NCBI GenBank assembly: GCA_965116875.1
Contig: OZ220733.1
Location: forward strand, 2,688,001-2,752,000
DNA: 64,000 nt
Source: Candidatus Latescibacterota bacterium
GTDB lineage: Bacteria; Latescibacterota; UBA2968; GCA-2709665
Direction: 5' to 3'
In this document: piece by piece, positions 60,539 to 64,000 of the stretch
Layout of the letters: each line of letters starts with the position of its first letter
Position numbering within the stretch: the stretch's first letter is position 1
Position numbers and translations under genes: made by a program
The notes under the pieces: model-generated
The model's database searches: none
What the model saw: the letters and a program-made list of their open reading frames with translations, nothing else
Told to the model about the DNA's origin: nothing

Positions 60539-60711
60539 CTCTTATCTCACTACTCTTCACTCTCTCCTCGCCTTTTGCCTTCTCTCTTTTCTCACTTCTC
60601 TCCGCACTCTCCTCGCCTTTTGCCTTCTCTCTTATCTCACTACTCTTCACTCTCTCCTCGCCTTTTGCCTTCTCTCTTTTCTCACTACTCTTCACTCTCT
60701 CCTCGCCTTTT
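60539..60711. repeat. 45-bp tandem repeat array (~3.8 units) upstream of the four-helix-bundle gene
   Basis: Variant units at 60569, 60614 and 60659, same orientation as 59974-60145. Confidence 0.95.
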
Positions 60712-61596
60712 CTCCGTACCGCCGGCATCCCAGACCAGGCGCGGGCCGGCGGCGAGCCCTCGGATATGCCCGTTCTCCCTTTCCCGGGGGTACCCCAGAC
60801 AGTGGGAAATATAAGTTACGCCCTCGATTTCGCGAAACCGGTTGCGATGCTGGTGGCCGTAAACGTGTATCTTCGAACCGAGGCGCCGGATCTGCGCATC
60901 CAGGCCCCGGCATCCCGCCACTCGGCTGAAATTGAACGCGGGATGGGGATCTCCCGGCAACTTGCCCAACCACAGCGGCAAGGGGCTGCCGAATATCAGT
61001 TCGCGTCTCGGCAGGAAGTGGCTGAACGAAATCACCGGCGCATCGTAGTCCCGCGATATATTTCGTTCATTCACGCTGAGGAAGTACTCCGCGGCCGGCC
61101 TCGCGGTCTCCGGCCACCTGACGAAATGGTCATCGCTCCACATCGAAAGCGTCTCGTCTTCACCCGCCTTCGGCGCGTATAAACTGCCGGGTCCCTCCTC
61201 GGGTTTCAGATACCAGGAAAAAAGGGGTACGATCCAAACGCCCTTCCCGTTTCCTATTTTGCCGGGTCGCGTCCTCACGTCGAGACGGTCGCACAGGGCA
61301 AGCACCTGGTCGAATTTGCTCAGCGAGCCGCGGGGCGTGCCCGTTCCACGTACCCACAGTTCGTGGTTCCCCGGAACAAAAAACACACCTGCGAACCTGC
61401 AGCGCAAACCCGCCAGCGCCTCTTCCAACCGGTCCATGCGGTCGCTCACGTCGCCTGCCAGAATCAGCACGTCCCGCCGGAAGTGGGACTCTGAGAGCGA
61501 ATTCATCCAGGCCCGATTGAGCGCGGAGTCCACGTGGACGTCGGACAACGCGAAGATGCGCGCCGCTGCTTTTTCGTGATCTCCCATGGCTGTCAA
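60685..61596 (-). CDS. Calcineurin-like metallophosphoesterase
   Basis: SDVH, AGDV, PGNHE, SHFLP, GHQH. The stop codon lies inside the repeat array. Confidence 0.92.
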   Translation of the reverse strand: MTAMGDHEKAAARIFALSDVHVDSALNRAWMNSLSESHFRRDVLILAGDVSDRMDRLEEALAGLRCRFAGVFFVPGNHELWVRGTGTPRGSLSKFDQVLALCDRLDVRTRPGKIGNGKGVWIVPLFSWYLKPEEGPGSLYAPKAGEDETLSMWSDDHFVRWPETARPAAEYFLSVNERNISRDYDAPVISFSHFLPRRELIFGSPLPLWLGKLPGDPHPAFNFSRVAGCRGLDAQIRRLGSKIHVYGHQHRNRFREIEGVTYISHCLGYPRERENGHIRGLAAGPRLVWDAGGTEKRRGESEE

Positions 61597-61671
61597 ACGG
61601 TCCGCACAAAGGAAACGGTTCCGTCCGCCGGCGAGGCGCCGCCCGCGGGTTCCAGGTCGAGATTGACGGCC

Positions 61672-62304
61672 CTATCGTCTCGTCACCCGGCATACCGCCC
61701 GGGAACCGGCGTCGCAGTACCAGAACGCTCCGTCCCTCATCGTCATCCCATGCGGTTCAGGGTAGCCCGCCGGAATCTCGATCTTTTCCAGAATTGCTCC
61801 ATCCGACACGTTCAAACGGTAGATTGCGCGGTGATTGGTTTCAACGCACCAGAGATCCCGGCCCTCCCACGCAATACCGTGCGGACGGTCCCCGGGGGCG
61901 GGGATCGAGTGTACCACTTCGAAGCCGTTCCCGGGTTCCACCTGATAGATCGTTGCCGCCGGGGGTACGGCCATCCACAGGCGTCCGTCCCGGATCTCCA
62001 GTCCGTGCGCCCCGGTTCCGACCGCGCCCGGCGTATCGAAATGTTCAAGGGTCTCGCCTGTTCCGGGATCCACGCGAAGAATCTTCCGGTCATACGTGGA
62101 GGCCAGCCACAGCGCCGGACCCGCGTCCGTGATCCCGCTCCCCCGGTCCGACGCCGTATTCAGCGTTTTCAGGGTTTCACCCGCGAATGAAACCAGGGCC
62201 GCCTGGTTCGTCTTCTGGTCCAGAATCCAGATGCCGTCCGCCGTGGCCTGCATGCCGTTCGGCTGCGGGCCGGGCGCGTAGAACTCGTGTGTGACGTCAA
62301 TCAT
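61672..62304 (-). CDS. Beta-propeller protein (glutamine cyclotransferase / Vgb-like)
   Basis: Repeated P[NH]G..W.G..LW blades. Confidence 0.75.
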   Translation of the reverse strand: MIDVTHEFYAPGPQPNGMQATADGIWILDQKTNQAALVSFAGETLKTLNTASDRGSGITDAGPALWLASTYDRKILRVDPGTGETLEHFDTPGAVGTGAHGLEIRDGRLWMAVPPAATIYQVEPGNGFEVVHSIPAPGDRPHGIAWEGRDLWCVETNHRAIYRLNVSDGAILEKIEIPAGYPEPHGMTMRDGAFWYCDAGSRAVCRVTRR

Positions 62305-62358
62305 TCGAATCCTCCAGGTTGCCCGGGTTCCCTCGAATTCAACCGGACGACGGCCGGG

Positions 62359-63186
62359 CTATGCCACCCTCGTCTGCGGCATATTCATCAATCCGATGAT
62401 GCTGTCCGGGTGCTCGTCGCGGGTGCTGAAACCCGGCGATTCGCCACGATCGCGGTAGCTCGCGGTACGCACGTACGGCGGTTTCATGTCCGGATATCGG
62501 AAAGACGAAGGATCTGTCTTCAGCTTTTCGATTGCGTTCCTGGCGCCCTCGCGGATGAGCGCGCGGGACCGGGCCGGCGCGAGGTTGACCGCGCTCAGCT
62601 TGGCGCGGCTGTATGCTTCCGCATCCAGGTGTTCCAGTCCGTCGGGAAGGAGCCCGCGTTTCACGCCCACGGTCAAAACGCCTGGCGTGAGCGCTTCTGC
62701 CTCCGCCGCGAACGCGTTTTCGCCCGCCGCGAATATCGTGGGCACCCCGAGCTCCATCGCGCACAGCACCAGTTGCCCGTATTCGCCGATGGAGATTCCG
62801 TTGATCGCATAGTCCACGCACGCGAAACTTCCCGTATGGGTCAGATGGGACCAGGGCGTCCCGGCCTTCGCGTGCTGCCCCACGTATGCCAACCCGTGGT
62901 ACGAATCATCCAGACTCCATGGCCAGATCGGGGCGGCGTGGCCCCGCATCAGTTGCGCGCGTTCGTCCAGGAGTTCGGGATCCATTGCGCCGTGTCCGTG
63001 TCCGTCCACCACCAGGATCTCTTCCGCGCCGCCTTCGCTGAACCCGTCCACCGCGGCGTTGACTTCCAGCGTCAGCAGCCGCTTCGCTTTATCGTAATAC
63101 ATTGCGCCAGGCGTGCACCAGTCCTCGAAATTGAGAATTCCGGCCACGCCTTCCAGGTCCGTCATAATCATCAGTTTCATCGCCAA
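62359..63186 (-). CDS. M55-family D-aminopeptidase (DppA-like)
   Basis: TDLEGVAG, EVNAA, DGHG, GQHA, HT, IGE. Confidence 0.9.
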   Translation of the reverse strand: MAMKLMIMTDLEGVAGILNFEDWCTPGAMYYDKAKRLLTLEVNAAVDGFSEGGAEEILVVDGHGHGAMDPELLDERAQLMRGHAAPIWPWSLDDSYHGLAYVGQHAKAGTPWSHLTHTGSFACVDYAINGISIGEYGQLVLCAMELGVPTIFAAGENAFAAEAEALTPGVLTVGVKRGLLPDGLEHLDAEAYSRAKLSAVNLAPARSRALIREGARNAIEKLKTDPSSFRYPDMKPPYVRTASYRDRGESPGFSTRDEHPDSIIGLMNMPQTRVA

Positions 63187-63203
63187 TCCCCTTCATTTTA
63201 CGA

Positions 63204-64000
63204 TCATCGCCGTTCGCGCCCCACCCAGAGGTCGTTGAAGCCGGTTACCGGCCCGTCGTCGTTCGGTCCGCTGGCCAGGTCGAGGCCGCCGAACAGGTAC
63301 ACCGAGTCATCCAGCGCCGCCATGCCCGGTACCCTCCGGACGCCAGGGCACGCCGCGGACTCCGAATAGTCCTTCGAACCGTCGTGCGCCTGCAGGCAGG
63401 TCCACTCCCCGGTGCCCAGATTCAGGCGCCACAGATCGTTCAGTTGCGGCCCGTTCACTTCTTCCGGCATGAAGGTCCCCTGCGGCCCGAACCCGCCGAA
63501 GATATACCATCGATCGCCGATCCGTGCCGAACCCTGGCCGTACCTGGCGGAAGGCCGGTTCATCGCCCTGAAGTCGTTTTCAGCGAGGCAGGTCCATTCG
63601 CACGCGGCCGGATCGAAGCACCAGAGATCGTTATGGAACTGCGGATCCCGGTCCTGCGTGTCCCGCCCCGCCCAGACGTAGATCCGACCCTTCCAGGCCG
63701 TCATCGACATGACGTACCGCTTCGGGGGGCACGCAGCGCCGTCCGCCGCTTCCATCCGTTCCCAGGCCCCGGTCCGGGTATCATAGGTCCAGAGTTGTCT
63801 GCTGAGCACCGCCGTTTCGACCGTCGGGGGAAGCGGCGCCCGGTGGCCCCAACCGCCAAAGAGATAGATCCTGCTTCCGATAACGGCCGTTCCGAATCCA
63901 CCCATTGTCGCCGGACGTCCCCGCCCGGAAAAATCCGGATGCTCCAGCAAAACGCCGTCATCCGGCTCCAGCAGCGTCCAGCGCCCATCTGAAGGGTCGT
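63204..64000 (-). CDS. Kelch-repeat protein (5' end beyond the window)
   Basis: Repeated IYLFGG / NDLW.F motifs. The frame stays open to the window edge (DPSDGRWTLLE...). Confidence 0.88.
   Translation of the reverse strand, partial: DPSDGRWTLLEPDDGVLLEHPDFSGRGRPATMGGFGTAVIGSRIYLFGGWGHRAPLPPTVETAVLSRQLWTYDTRTGAWERMEAADGAACPPKRYVMSMTAWKGRIYVWAGRDTQDRDPQFHNDLWCFDPAACEWTCLAENDFRAMNRPSARYGQGSARIGDRWYIFGGFGPQGTFMPEEVNGPQLNDLWRLNLGTGEWTCLQAHDGSKDYSESAACPGVRRVPGMAALDDSVYLFGGLDLASGPNDDGPVTGFNDLWVGRERR

Noticed and set aside
59974-60711. CRISPR array
   Set aside because: The 45-bp units are contiguous with no unique spacers, are low-complexity, and no cas genes are present.
59967-60929. Repeat-protein ORFs (LLSYLTTLRSLLAFC; EKAKGEERVKSSE)
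   Set aside because: They are translations of the 45-bp DNA repeat, whose length is divisible by 3, and overlap real genes.

Overview
A GC-rich bacterial chromosomal window with about 65 genes. No rRNA, tRNA or CRISPR array was recognised. The gene mix (heparinase II/III-like proteins, many Gfo/Idh/MocA, PhyH, aldo-keto reductase, amidohydrolase and beta-propeller genes, dense palindromic repeats) resembles uncultured sponge-symbiont lineages; this is an inference only. Layout: 1-25.6 kb carbohydrate and general metabolism genes (enolase-superfamily enzyme, two heparinase II/III-like proteins, orphan Dam-type methylase, nadE, PurO-like IMP cyclohydrolase). 25.9-28.7 kb is an AT-richer islet (RDD protein, HNH-like protein, IS3 remnant) bracketed by 53-bp direct repeats. 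29-45.4 kb is a co-oriented array of small accessory genes, gene stubs and toxin-antitoxin modules with no attC sites or integrase seen. 45.4-50.4 kb is a two-gene operon of a receiver-domain/glutamate dehydrogenase fusion and a hybrid sensor kinase with Hpt, the strongest candidate for an undescribed system. 50.6-64 kb holds catabolic and peptidase genes, including a four-helix-bundle (IVP/Avd-like) gene embedded in 45-bp higher-order tandem repeats plus an inverted heptamer array. Several MITE/REP families are present. Two single-G frameshifts may be sequencing errors. All family calls come from motif recognition, not database searches.
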